Position numbers and translations under genes: made by a program. This document shows positions 51,771 through 64,000 of a stretch of 64,000 bases of DNA, one piece after another. Origin of the DNA: Octopus sinensis (Eukaryota); assembly GCF_006345805.1 (NCBI RefSeq), contig NC_043007.1:7192001-7256000 (forward strand), read 5' to 3'. Positions within the stretch are counted from its first letter, which is position 1, and each line of letters begins with the position of its first letter. The notes beneath the pieces are model-generated. The model was given only the letters and a program-made list of their open reading frames with translations. It was not told where the DNA came from and did not search any database.

Positions 51771-53027
51771 TATTTCTTCTGTCTTTTTATATCCTGAGTT
51801 CAAATCCTACGGTAGTCAACTCTGTCTGGTATCCTCCCGAGCACAATAAAATAACGTGACAGTCGAACAACGGGAGTCTTTGCTTTCAACTTATTACTTC
51901 CCCTCAAAATTACACGCCTCGCACCTCAATTGAAAATCATTATCAATCAATGGATCGCGCCATGATTTGTAAACGTTTATTTATCGTAATTGCATAATTA
52001 CTAACTCGTGAACGAATGACTGTCTTTTCAGGGGTTTAGGAGGCATACCTGAAATACCAGACAACTGTCCCTCAATTCAGACTCTGCTGTCTTAAAGTAA
52101 GGAGCAAACATGTGCGTCAAGAATGATGTAGTCACGAATACACTCTATCTGACACAAATACGAAATGATCGTGGCTTAAACACCAGTGGCCAAACGAAAA
52201 GAATAACAACTGACATAGAAAAGCAAAAATGAATTTCAGTCAATATTCATTGAACAGAATCAAATCATCCCACAAATATACAGCTGATTGTTCTGATAGC
52301 TATTATATCTTAAAGACATTCGTCGCAATATAATTTGATAATAGTTCTGCTCTGCCAGGTATGCTGCGACTATACAGCAACATAAAAACACAACAACAAC
52401 ACCATTTCAAAGAACTGCATCGTTATCTTTTTTGACAGGGTTTCATTTAGGCCACAATTTCTGAAATCTGTAATCTGAAAGCATCAATCAGTTAGGGAAA
52501 ATTATTGGTGTGATAAATGATACTTGTTTTATGATTATATTAAATGCTGGTTACTTCTCGGATCACAAATAGAAAGTTGTTGATCATTGAGCTGCTACAG
52601 ACACACAATTTCCGTTGCTTTGTACGTAGGTGAGATCAATTTCATTGTATCACGAGTAAAGTAATATGGTGATTAGATTATTGTAGCTTAACTCTTGCCA
52701 GACGAAGTAGAGAAGAAAAACGAAAACTTCAGCAAATAATTCATTATGCTTATTATTGGCAATCTTTTATTTGTGTGGAAATCAGCAAAGTTTTGATAAA
52801 AACATGCGTAAATAGAAACATACATTGACATACGAATACTTATACACACTCGCACACGCGCGCGTGTGTGTGTGTGTATCAGTTCATGTGTCAATGTTTC
52901 CCCATAAGCACTTGGGTGCGCTCCTCATTTCCATATGTGTATCGTGTGGAGATTTCAATTAGTTTGTGTATTCAATTAACTTCTATTTAACTACGATTAA
53001 TTATCCGTTTACATTTAACGAAATTTG

Positions 53028-53082
<55 letters not shown>

Positions 53083-54841
53083 AATACATATATTAATCCT
53101 AATCTTGTATACCACATTCTTGATATTCCCTGTGGCTAATTTTTAAAATATTCTTACCATACAGACGGAAGCATTCGAAACAAGAAAAAAATATTTTGTA
53201 GCCAAACAATTGGTGTAATTAAATTTAAGATTTATTTTACATCTTTACAAATCACCTCACCCTAATCAGGCTAATCAAATTTGTCTATTATTTACCACGA
53301 CTTGAACTTAAAATATTTACACATTTAAGGGAATCTTGCAAAAGAAACGAAATTCAGGATAGCATATTTTCTAACATTTCCGTATGCTTCCAAACTACAA
53401 TAAATGTTGCCGACTTTCCGATGGCAACATATTCAACATTATTACGAATAGTTCAACATCAAACCTAATTAAGTTTGATTCATAGAAAAGTTTGAATAAA
53501 CCAGTTGGTCATATTTTGTCGTAATGCTAACACGGTGAAAAATACAAATAACTTCAAATGTTAATATTTTGAATTCTAAGAACAAAATTGCGTAGAACAT
53601 ATATAGAAATAATCACAGTCATTTGATTGTTGGTTAAATGTGTACATCGTGTACTAGCATGAGCTTTTGTAGCATTCAGCTATAATTGAGATACATGTGG
53701 CTCTGAAATCAAATATACACAATCTGTGAGCTAGGAAAAGAAATATACATATGATGCAAAAGTTATTTGATGAGGGTGGAGGCATAATGAAAGAAGTTGG
53801 ACTGTGGGAACACGATAATTCAACCCCTGCTGAGAGAAACCATAATGATTAGGAGGTCATGAGAAGAAATTCTCGTTGTAGACAATGCGAGTGAAAACAT
53901 ATCAAGCAAGCCGATATATAATGTCATTGGACACTAGGGGACGTTCTGCCTTCTTTATATTTTATCAGTTACAGACTCTGTGTCCGTCGACCATTGCCCA
54001 TTAAGAACTGTTCCAATATGTAAATAGTAAATAATAAATTAACAAGCTTGCTCACCTGTGCAAAACATTGTCACTCTGAAATCATCTCGTTCAATGATTA
54101 CATTGTTTTTAAAATTTCAAACTGTTATTCTTCTTTAGATCCTGCTCAGTTCCATATGTAGAACTATGGTCAGAGATGCTTTAGCTTTGTATATTCCATC
54201 ATTTATTCTGATTCAATGTATTTATAGCAGCATTTTCCAATATCTTCATTTTTTTTTTTTCGAAAATAATCTGGATATTATTTGAGGAAGATTTGATTGC
54301 TGTTAATTCTAACGACACAGAGGTCCGCTTGTTTGCTCGCCAAATTGATTTTGCTGACGTTGCTCTTAATCACGGCCGAGGCAGTGAACCATTCATTCTT
54401 ATTCCTCTTATATATAAAAGTCGGAAGACACGTCGGAAAGTATCGCATATTATTGGTTTATATTCGACAATGCACAAGGTATCTCTATTTTAAACACATC
54501 TATATTAAGCGAAAGTGGAAACAGGAAATTATAGCACTGATACCTTCTTTCCCCATGAGCATCAATTTCGGAGGTTATAAAATGCCCACTTAATCATCAT
54601 CTTATGTATTCATTCGACGTCTTTGAGCTTTCCTTAATTTATCCGAGTATAAGAGCAGCAAGACTTATGATCATTGACAATTACAATTACATGCCTAATC
54701 CTAACATATTTAATCTGACACATATCCGCGCCACTACACAAAAATGTATACACTAATACGCAAACATATATATACATATATATTTTTTTTTTTAGTGAAT
54801 TGAAGAAATGGAGCTGAACGAAGATTGAACAGAAATCGTTT

Positions 54842-54934
54842 TATTTCATTCTACACGTGTTTCGAAAGGCACAATTTACCAAATTCCGATTGAATAATGA
54901 GACCATATTGTGTCTTTCTCTTCAGGAAGAAATA
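54842..54934 (-). ncRNA. Type I hammerhead motif, in sense with the GIY-YIG frame
   Basis: Same architecture as 29283-29375, with the core intact. Confidence 0.82.
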
Positions 54935-55147
54935 GGAAATCCGTTGGAAAAAACAAAAACAGAACAGAGGCGGAGCAAAACAAATCGAACTAGGCTCCTA
55001 AGAGCCCATGGCCAAACTGTTTATCAGTGTATGCTGAAAACGGGTGGTGGGTGCGTTGAAGATTTTAACGGGTCAGGCAGCGGTCATTTCGGTGGGTGAG
55101 GGCACGGGGTGTGTAGATGTTCTTTGTGACCGAGAGTAAAGTTCTGA

Positions 55148-55363
55148 CTATTTAAAGAATATTAGATGTATTATATGGGGCGAGTTCGTATCCTTCAGTC
55201 GCCATATTAGCTTGCTAAGTCCCGTGGTCTGGCGTTTATTCATGTCTCGAAAAGTTGCGTAATGGTTGGAGATTCGTAAAGCCAATCTTGACAATGAGGC
55301 CCCTACATAAGCGTAGACATCTGAGTCCGTGTAAACCTTGCATTGGTAGACGGCGTTTCTGAT
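55148..55363 (-). pseudogene. GIY-YIG endonuclease domain of a PLE (absent from the ORF track)
   Basis: Manual translation: IRNAVYQCKVYTDSDVYAYVGASLSRLALRISNHYATFRDMNKRQTTGLSKLIWRLKDTNSPHIIHLIFFK*. It has AVY..YVG, R..NH..F and LSKLIW.LKD motifs. The upstream frame is broken by a 3x 11-bp CTGATCTTATT expansion. Confidence 0.85.
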
Positions 55364-55581
55364 CTTATTCTGATCTTATTCTGATCTTATTCTGCTAGGA
55401 TTAGTTTCTGAAATTGGAACTGCGTTACTGTCACTATATGAAAATAGCCCTTGGTAATAAATTCTGAAAAAGCCTTTAAGAGAAATATGATTAACCATTG
55501 CAAGGGGAATTACTCCTGTGAGATGAATGGGGTTTTGTTTTTGACGACGGGGGGTTTCTTTGACAAGGCATGATTAGACGA

Positions 55582-55780
55582 ACACACGCACACATAAAAT
55601 ATTTTTCTGCCGCCCGACGGATCTTACAGCAGTGACCATTGTGTAGAGCTGTTTACCAACTGACAGCCGCGCGATCAAACGCACACACGTACACATAAAA
55701 TGTTTTCTACCCCTTGACGGATCTCTCGGCAGTGACCAGAATGTAGCGCTTCTTGCCAACTTGCGCCCGTACACATACAT
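55582..55780. repeat. Diverged ~102-bp tandem dimer inside the PLE
   Basis: ACACG(C/T)ACACATAAAAT..TTTTCT..GACGGATCT..GCAGTGACCA..TGTAG.GCT..T.CCAACT occurs twice. Confidence 0.75.
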
Positions 55781-56068
55781 AGAACAGTAAACACACACAT
55801 ATCTCTAAGTAGTTTTGGCTCGCCCCATATAATACATCTAATATTCTTTAAATAGTCAGAACTTTACTCTCGGTCACAAAGAACATCTACACACCCCGTG
55901 CCCTCACCCACCGAAATGACCGCTGCCTGACCCGTTAAAATCTTCAACGCACCCACCACCCGTTTTCAGCATACACTGATAAACAGTTTGGCCATGGGCT
56001 CTTAGGAGCCTAGTTCGATTTGTTTTGCTCCGCCTCTGTTCTGTTTTTGTTTTTTCCAACGGATTTCC

Positions 56069-56161
56069 TATTTCTTCCTGAAGAGAAAGACACAATATGG
56101 TCTCATTATTCAATCGGAATTTGGTAAATTGTGCATTTCGAAACACGTGTAGAATGAAATA
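56069..56161 (+). ncRNA. Type I hammerhead motif in the inverted pLTR
   Basis: CTGAAGA at 56078 and GAAAC-ACGT-GTA at 56140-56151. Helix II has two mismatches. Confidence 0.78.
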
Positions 56162-56362
56162 AAACGATTTCTGTTCAATCTTCGTTCAGCTCCATTTCTT
56201 CAATTCACTAAAAATATTAAAATTCAATTATCCGCACCAACGCACGGTTGCAACACCATATGGTTGTACCTCCAACCGTGCTGTCTTCTGCTGTGTTTTT
56301 TGCTACCAAGGTATCGGTTAAACTTTTGATTAATCTGCAACAAGATTATTCATCTTCTATTT

Positions 56363-56411
<49 letters not shown>

Positions 56412-58501
56412 TATATATAATATATATATATATATATGTATATGTATATTCAAACTAACACGCACATACAAAAATAGGAATCACGCGTAGATCAGTATTA
56501 AAAGAGAAAAGATGATTCATTTGAACCGAAAAATTGATCATAAGTGTATTAACAACCAGTTGTGTATTGTTTGCTTGGCGAATATTCTAGATTTCATAAA
56601 AATGTCACGCAGCTCAATGGCAAGATGCAATTACCTGTAAAGGAAAATGGTGTTTTATTTTATATATTGGTGTACATTTAAAAACATGGAAAGACCTCGT
56701 TGTAAAGAAAATCTCTCCTTACACGATGTCTGTGAATATACACTGAGCTAAGTTATAAACCATGTCATCGGACTCTAGGAAACGGTTTTCTGCATCGTTA
56801 TCCTGCATCAGGTACAGTCACTGAAGCCATCCATTGTCCACTAAGAACTGTCGTTATCACATGAGAAATAGCAAATAATAAATTTGCTGTCGTGTGTAAA
56901 GCATTGTTAAGATGGAATTGGTTAAATGAAATGCAGCGAAGTTCTTTCTGTGTTTGAATGTATTCGGACGTGATGGATGTAAATATACACGGCTTGTTTT
57001 AGCCACTGTCGATGCTTCAGTGAACATTAAATCAAATATTAGACTATTGTAAAATAACTGGTTCCCGGATTTATTGTTTCTTCTCTCAGCCACCTGCAAT
57101 ACTACTATAACTACAACTACTATCACTACTACTAATGCCGCTGCTGATGCTCCTACTACTACTACGACTACTACTACTGTTGTTGCTGCAGTTGCTACTA
57201 CAGTTTCTGATTCTATGAATAGGCAATCTGCATCCTACCTCCTCTCACAGACCATTTGCAGCACTCATTTATTATCTCACAATCTCTATGTATTTCTCCT
57301 CAGCCTTTCATAAAACGCCTTGTTCACTCCTTTTTCTTTTTCTTTCTGTTCTTGCATTGCATCCTTCTCAATCTTTCCCACTCTGTAGGTCTTAATATAA
57401 GCCTAGAAAGTTCCAAGCTGAACATTAATTATATTGACATCACCAGTCTGAGAAATTCTGCGCAATGATTTAAGACTCACTCCTACTTTTCTGACCAAAG
57501 AACTAATGACGACCCTCCCCCAGTCTTCCCTTGCCATTCACATAAGATATCTAGTGACTTCTGAATATATTACTTCACTCACAACTATAGTCATTTACTT
57601 TCACTCTGTATTCAATAACAATTTCAGAGATGTCGATTTGTGTTTATATGTTTGTTTCTGCGAGAATGTATCAGAGACGACTTTTCAAACGCTATTTTGC
57701 CTGATTATACGTCGATTTCATATTTAATATATGAATGTTATTACATCTGAGTAATTTTGTAACTAACCATTTTGAGAAGGTTCGCTTTTCATGAGCCAAC
57801 CGATAGCTTATTAAACTCTACCTTATCACATAACAAAAAATAACTTGCAGTGCAATATATGTATGTATGTATATATATATATTCAATGGAACTGACAAAT
57901 AAAAATAAATTATGTACATGAAAACCACTTCGAATACTGTAAAAGAAAATAAATTCAGAAAACTATTATAAAAGATAAAACTTGAAACAAAGCGACACAA
58001 ACATTTGTATATATTGTTATCGTTTATTAGAGTAGCACTGAAGCAAGCGTTGTGTTTGAGATTGACCAAAATTTAATAGCTTAAACATTTCAACGAAGAT
58101 TTACTTCGAAGCAGTGCGCACATTATCTTAAAAAGAATAATGGCTGACCTATTTTCATCATAAAATACGGTAATTATTTTCCATTAATGGGACATAAACG
58201 TAAGAAAAGGAAATATAGACAAAAAAGAAATAATTATTAGAAATGTCAGCGTCACTAGGGAACACTTTGAGTTAAGTAAAGTTGGATAGACAGAGTCATT
58301 TTCCTTTCGTTACATATAAAGAGAACGATTTGAAACATTATTTTCAGTACAAAGGAAACTGTAGATGATGGTAAGAGAAGAAATGTTCACACCTCTCATT
58401 CATGAAATGTGTAAAAAGAAGCATAAAAAGAAGAGCAAAGAAACAGAAAACTCTAGGTGGGTTCCTGCTTTGAGTATAAAGACGCGCGCACACACGCGCG
58501 G

Positions 58502-58548
<47 letters not shown>

Positions 58549-59362
58549 TACATATAAAATGTATTATTACTATATAGAATGCATATATATATATATACAT
58601 ATATATATTATTATTATTATTATATTATTATATACATAGATCGTGTGTGTATATAAATATATATATATATATATATAAAATAATATGTTACATTACTCAA
58701 TAGTCAAGATAAAACTCTGAGTTTCAGATGCCGAAGTGGAAATCCACAACACCATCTCTTCGGTTATCTGGCCATCTGAAAAACGCTATGAAAAAATACC
58801 GTTATATAAAGGGAAATTACTGTGTTATAATTCTGCTCGCGAACCCACGTGCGTACTTATACATCACTATGAAAACGTACACATCTTCACTTGCATTTTT
58901 CGCCAAATATATGTGCATATATATGCAAACTCATACACACACACATGCGTACCGTAAAAGTTCATACATACGTCTATATACGCACAAGCACAAGAAAAAC
59001 CATGGTTAAAGGTAACAGAAAAAAACATAAGGAAGTATACAAAGCATAAAAACCACGTTCATATACGGACATGCCCCTATGCACTCATACACACACACGC
59101 CCATATATGTACATACCCGCACATATTTATATAGGCATACATACTCACGCATATACAAAAAATGAATATACATATGCCCCCCACCCACAAAAAATGTAAA
59201 AATACTAAGTAAAAACGTCTATATATAGATGCATTCTTATGCCCACACACACGCACACACCTAAAACTGCCCACTTATACATATTTACACACGTGTACAA
59301 ATGAATCTATATACACGTCTATATAGGCACAGGAAAAAATAAAGGATAGAAAAGTACAGAAA

Positions 59363-59456
59363 AAATATAAAAATATATGTCAAATATAAAAAATATATGT
59401 CATATATAAAATATATGTCAAATATAAAAATATATGTCAAAATATAAAAATATATG
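59363..59456. repeat. ~19-20-bp AT-rich minisatellite, about 5 units
   Basis: AAATATAAAAATATATGTC repeated. Confidence 0.85.
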
Positions 59457-60104
59457 AAATAATAAAAGGTATAATGAGATAAAAAAACTTTTTGGGACAT
59501 AATATAGAAAGCAAGTTCTATCTGTTTTCTTTAGGGGGGGGACATATATATATTCATTGGTCGTCGTTGTGATGGTGGTGGTGTTTGTGGCAGAGTTGTC
59601 CTTTGACTGTGAAGCTGTCGTCTGGGTTCTTCCAATTCTTCGTGTGTCGGTGGCGGTGTCGGCGTCCATGCTCGCACCTGCACCTGTGTTGCTCCTCCCC
59701 TCCTTCCTTCCTTCATGAAGCTGTGGGGAAGGCAGGGTAGGGAAATCAAGGTTGTAAGCGTTGTCAAGGAGACCAGCCTTCTTTTAGAATGATGACTTCG
59801 TGGCTTGAAGACTCAGAACAGAAATGGTTAAGAAAGCCGAAAGCAAATTCTAGAAAATCGGGAAATACGCTACACAGAGAAGGTTTCCCGTGCAAAGAAT
59901 TTGCACAACCAAATGTTTTAGTTGTTGCACAACTAATACATAAAAATTATTATCTGAACACAAACTTTTGAAGGCAATATTGTCTTTTTTTTATTTTTAA
60001 CGCTTGTGCAAAACTGGATTTGTTTTTGGTGGTAGTGGTTGAGATTGTAGTAGTGGTGTTGTTGTTGGCAGTTATGGGAGACGGCAAAACGACGATATCG
60101 TTGC

Positions 60105-60148
<44 letters not shown>

Positions 60149-60150
<2 letters not shown>

Positions 60151-60569
60151 GGAATTTCTCAATTCACTGGAGCCTCCTGGACTACCTCCACACATATTAG
60201 CACTTAAAGTTGGAACTCCTGTAATGCTACTCCGCAATCTGGAACCACCAAGACTTTGCAATGGAACATCGCTGGTGATAAAGAAAATGATGTCACACGT
60301 TATCGAGGCGATCATTCTTTCTGGATGTGGAAAAGCTGATGACGTCTTTATTGCAAGAATTCCTCTTACTCCTTCGTGTCAGCTTTGCCATGTCCATTAA
60401 CAAATCTCAGGGTCAAACCCTCTCTGTAGCTGGTCTTCTCTTGGGAGAGCCCTGCTTCTCGCATGGGCATCTGTATGTTGGCTGCTCAAGAGTAGGAACC
60501 AAAAGAAACCTTTTTGTATATGCTCCACAAGGAAAAACAAGGAACATTGTTTACAATGAGGTGTTATAA
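60149..60569 (+). pseudogene. Helitron PIF1-family helicase C-terminal fragment
   Basis: [42 protein letters not shown]...RIPLTPS, then a deletion and frameshift, then [13 protein letters not shown]...CFSHGHLYVGCSRV...TRNIVYNEVL*. Confidence 0.95.
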
Positions 60570-60723
60570 TCTCAACAGCCAGGAGATATATACATGATCC
60601 CCTTTTTTTAACAAACTTCATGTACTTTCATGTATTTATATTAATATACATATATGTGTGTGTGTGTGTGTGTGGATCCATATATATATATATAACAAAA
60701 GTCTAATTCTTCAATTGAATGTA

Positions 60724-60750
60724 ACCGGGCAACGCCGGGTATCTCTGCTA

Positions 60751-60751
<1 letters not shown>
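60724..60751 (+). mobile_element. Helitron 3' terminus (GC hairpin plus CTAG)
   Basis: ACCGGGCAACGCCGGGT hairpin, short spacer, then CTAG followed by T. A related end GCCGGGTATCTCTGCTAGT lies at ~19708-19726. Confidence 0.85.
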
Positions 60752-60806
<55 letters not shown>

Positions 60807-60844
60807 ATATACATATATATACATATATATTTTTTTTTTTTACT

Positions 60845-61039
60845 CATGTTGAATCGTTAGCTCCTGCACGCATTTTTTCTCTCCTTGTTTCTCTCCTTGT
60901 TTCTTTTCTGTGTATCTTTCTGTCGAAGAACGTAGGCTCGAGACTTGTTTTATTTCTATTCCTGGGCGCCATACTAATACAATTGTTTGTTTGTACTCCA
61001 CCTGTCTTTGTCTTTTGTTCATTTTCGTAAACCTTCCCG

Positions 61040-61040
<1 letters not shown>
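60845..61040 (+). mobile_element. Second family-D element with the HHR GAAAC/GUA half deleted
   Basis: Aligns to 36745-36931. It reads CTGTCGAAGAACGTAGGCTCG-AGACTT and lacks AAACGTAAA. Confidence 0.7.
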
Positions 61041-61078
<38 letters not shown>

Positions 61079-61466
61079 AGGAATTATAACAAACGCATTA
61101 TATTTGTTCCTTAAGCAAGTTTCAACATGATAGTCATTGCATCCGCTGTATTGCTTGTGCCATAATGCATAAAACTGTCCTCTGAAGGTCTGTTGTGGCA
61201 TAGCATCCAATCACCCCCGGTTTATCCAGCGCAGAATTTGCAAATAGCCTCAATTCTGTAACGTACGGACAAAACAAATGATATGAATTTGTGTTTATCA
61301 TAATCTACTTTTGCTCTGTATTTACACTGTGTTGTATAACTCGTATTAGCTCTAAGTATACTAGTATCCACGACACTATACTGGAAGAGAACGGAATGGT
61401 TATCATCGACTTGGATGGACCTCTAGACTCCTCAGAAGCAGTCGTACACCTAAAAGTAGACAAAGG

Positions 61467-61547
<81 letters not shown>

Positions 61548-62430
61548 ACAGAGAAATGTGTGTGTTTTATGTATGTGTGTCCGTGTGTATGTGTGTATAT
61601 GAGTGTGTCTGTCTTGCATTCATCTCACACACATCTCTTTGACACTCATCGATTCTCACATTCATACACACACACGCATATATATATATGCTTATGTACG
61701 TGACATATCATATCAACGCTTCAGTGAATATTTTTTGTGTGCTACTTAATGTACCTTAATTCGTTTTTATTTTTCATATCTATAAAACGGGTCCCCTGGG
61801 TTCGTCCATTTGCATTATGCTTCGTTAATCCCTATCCTATATATGCGTTAGTGTGTTTTTGTATGTTCAGGAATGTGTGCATATATGCGTATATGCCTCT
61901 AACAATGAGCACTTTTGTACTTATATATATAAATATCCACACACTCACACACAACACACACGCGTACACATACACAAATACATGTATATATATACATATA
62001 TATATGCATATCTATTGGTCATTTTTGATTCATACGTATGTACATACGATATTAGTATTTGTCTATGTGTTTACTGATTCCTTTACGCTGTCACTTATAA
62101 GATCCAGGCGAAGACGTTCAATCGTTTGTGCAGGTCTATTAGTTTCACTTGAGCCAATGAAGTAATGACATTTACCTTCCTTTATATATTGCGATACATC
62201 TTCATTTTCAGTGCTTTCCGTTGTTCCCTTATTGGAGATAAGGCGAGACAAATACAAGCCCTAAATGCAATTATTTGAAATTAAATTTCTCGCAGGTAAC
62301 GGTATCTGAAAAATTGGTTTCTTCAATGAAATGTAATAAAGAGTACAATTTTTGCACCAAGTAACTTTGTTAAATATTAGATTCCGAAGAATTATTCCTC
62401 TTACATATTTTCCCCAGCTCTTATTTTTGA

Positions 62431-62506
<76 letters not shown>

Positions 62507-63720
62507 TAATTGATCATGCGACCCGGTTTTAGGTCATATAATTCAAACTGAAGGAAGTTTGGACAGATACAGATTAATATTAAATGGTATTGTGATAAAG
62601 CACAAAGCACAAAGTATATTTTGGCTTGAAATCAACGTGTTGTTTATTTTGTATCTAAATCCACCAAAAAGATAATCCATCTACCGAATTGCAAGAGAGT
62701 AAAGAATGGTATAATCCTCGTACGTAGAGGACACTCCTTATGATATATCAAAGCAAATAATCTTTCCACTTTCGAGCAGCTTTCGTAGACAAATATAAAA
62801 TGTTATCGTATTTCCCGTGGCTTTTACTTCACAAACAGAACAGATATTATCTACCTCGATTCAAGTAAGACAATAACACTTTCTTTCCGCTTACATATGA
62901 AACCTAATAATGATATCAGCCTGATAATAGAGTATTAAGTCGTAATCTGACTTTGCTCTCTCGTGTTCAGATCTACTTTTCATTTCGTTTAGTGCAGAAG
63001 GTGATGAATAGCCATCTTGGTTTTTGTTTTACTTTCTGTTTTAGTTCTTTCTTTATGGGAGATTTTTACTTGTTTTTCTTCCGTATTTAAAAGGTATAAA
63101 CTAAAATGAAAACCACTTATAAGGATACCGTTAAGATATTTATTATAAGTCAGAAGGATTTTTAGTAGTATTATAGTATTTATAGTTACCCTGTGCCTAA
63201 TAGTTCAGCTTCGAAACCATTTAACTTGATTCACTACTTCTCAATTCTCTCTGGAAACATAAGAACGGTTAGAGACTCAACTAGCTTACTTTGCAAGTGG
63301 ATGTCAGTTTTTTTTTTTCGCATGTACCACGAAATGATCATAACAAAATTATACATTTTACGTTCCTAATTACATTTCTCTTTTTAAATATATCGTGAAA
63401 AGCTTTGGTAACTCTGGATTGTTATACTCTTGAGAAAGCCAACAAACTTTATAAATTAGTCGTGAAAGAGGGCTATTTTCATCTGTCTCACTAAATGGAG
63501 AAGCGAGGAGATAACATCATAAATAATATCACAATATCATAAATAACAAATTTATTAGAGAAATATTATCTTCCGTCTCAAGAGAGGAAGTATTTATTTA
63601 TAAAGTGGTAGCATGCTATCACTCTATCGTGCTGCTACGGCATAAAACTCTTTGAGAGATTAAGAAATATATTATTTTTATTTATTTATGTCTGACAATT
63701 ATATTTCAGTAAAACAAATT

Positions 63721-63777
63721 TAAGGAGTAGCTGTATGGTAAGTAGCCTGCTTACCAACCACATGGCTCAGGGTTCAA
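63721..63777 (+). mobile_element. Family-1 SINE head fragment
   Basis: GGAGTAGCTGTATGGTAAGTAGCCTGCTTACCAACCACATGGCTCAGGGTTCA. Confidence 0.75.
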
Positions 63778-64000
63778 TCTATCCTGGTCTATTATCTGTG
63801 ACGGTATCCCATACAACACTAACCTCGGAGCTCGCAGACTCTGTTTAAGAGAATCGCTCCTCATCCTTCACAACCAAAGCCCTTCATGAATAGATTTTCC
63901 AATTTAATCCTTTCATGTAAATATATATTCTACTGATCGTTTGCCTACTATGTTAAATCTGTGTGATTCCCTAATTACGATATAGAATTAAGTTACAACT

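Larger units (their letters stand above)
54792..56365 (-). mobile_element. 5'-truncated PLE (family A, Neptune-like) with inverted pLTRs
   Basis: A ~390-bp near-identical inverted repeat (54792-55185 versus 55818-56212) encloses a GIY-YIG fragment. The plus arm extends ~155 bp further, to (CA)/(TA)n. Confidence 0.9.

Noticed and set aside
58685-58845. TA-abutting unique block, possibly another PLE terminus
   Set aside because: No inverted arm, HHR or second copy in the window.
61375-61450. CTGGAAGAG...GAAGCAGTCGTA next to a TA tract
   Set aside because: Too degenerate to call as an HHR; the helices are unsupported.

Overview
AT-rich, microsatellite-saturated eukaryotic non-coding DNA. The SINE families and repeat landscape look like an Octopus (coleoid cephalopod) genome; this is recognition from memory, not a database search. 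No intact host protein-coding gene is supported, and almost all ORFs in the track are microsatellite artefacts. Recognisable content: a decayed mariner transposase; 3' fragments of RTE, CR1-like and R4/Dong-like LINEs; a Helitron helicase fragment with its 3' hairpin and CTAG end; three tRNA-derived SINE families; and many remnants of Penelope-like elements (PLEs). The strongest signal is a set of PLE pseudo-LTR (pLTR) termini from about five unrelated families, inserted in (TA)n tracts. They carry minimal type I hammerhead ribozyme (HHR) motifs, about 9-10 in total, some with variant cores. They share an asymmetric inverted geometry: one arm stops at a fixed internal AT-rich site, and the inverted arm carries an extra 50-155 nt tail. 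Three independent insertions of one family stop at the same internal site. Coordinates were read by eye and may be off by a few bases.
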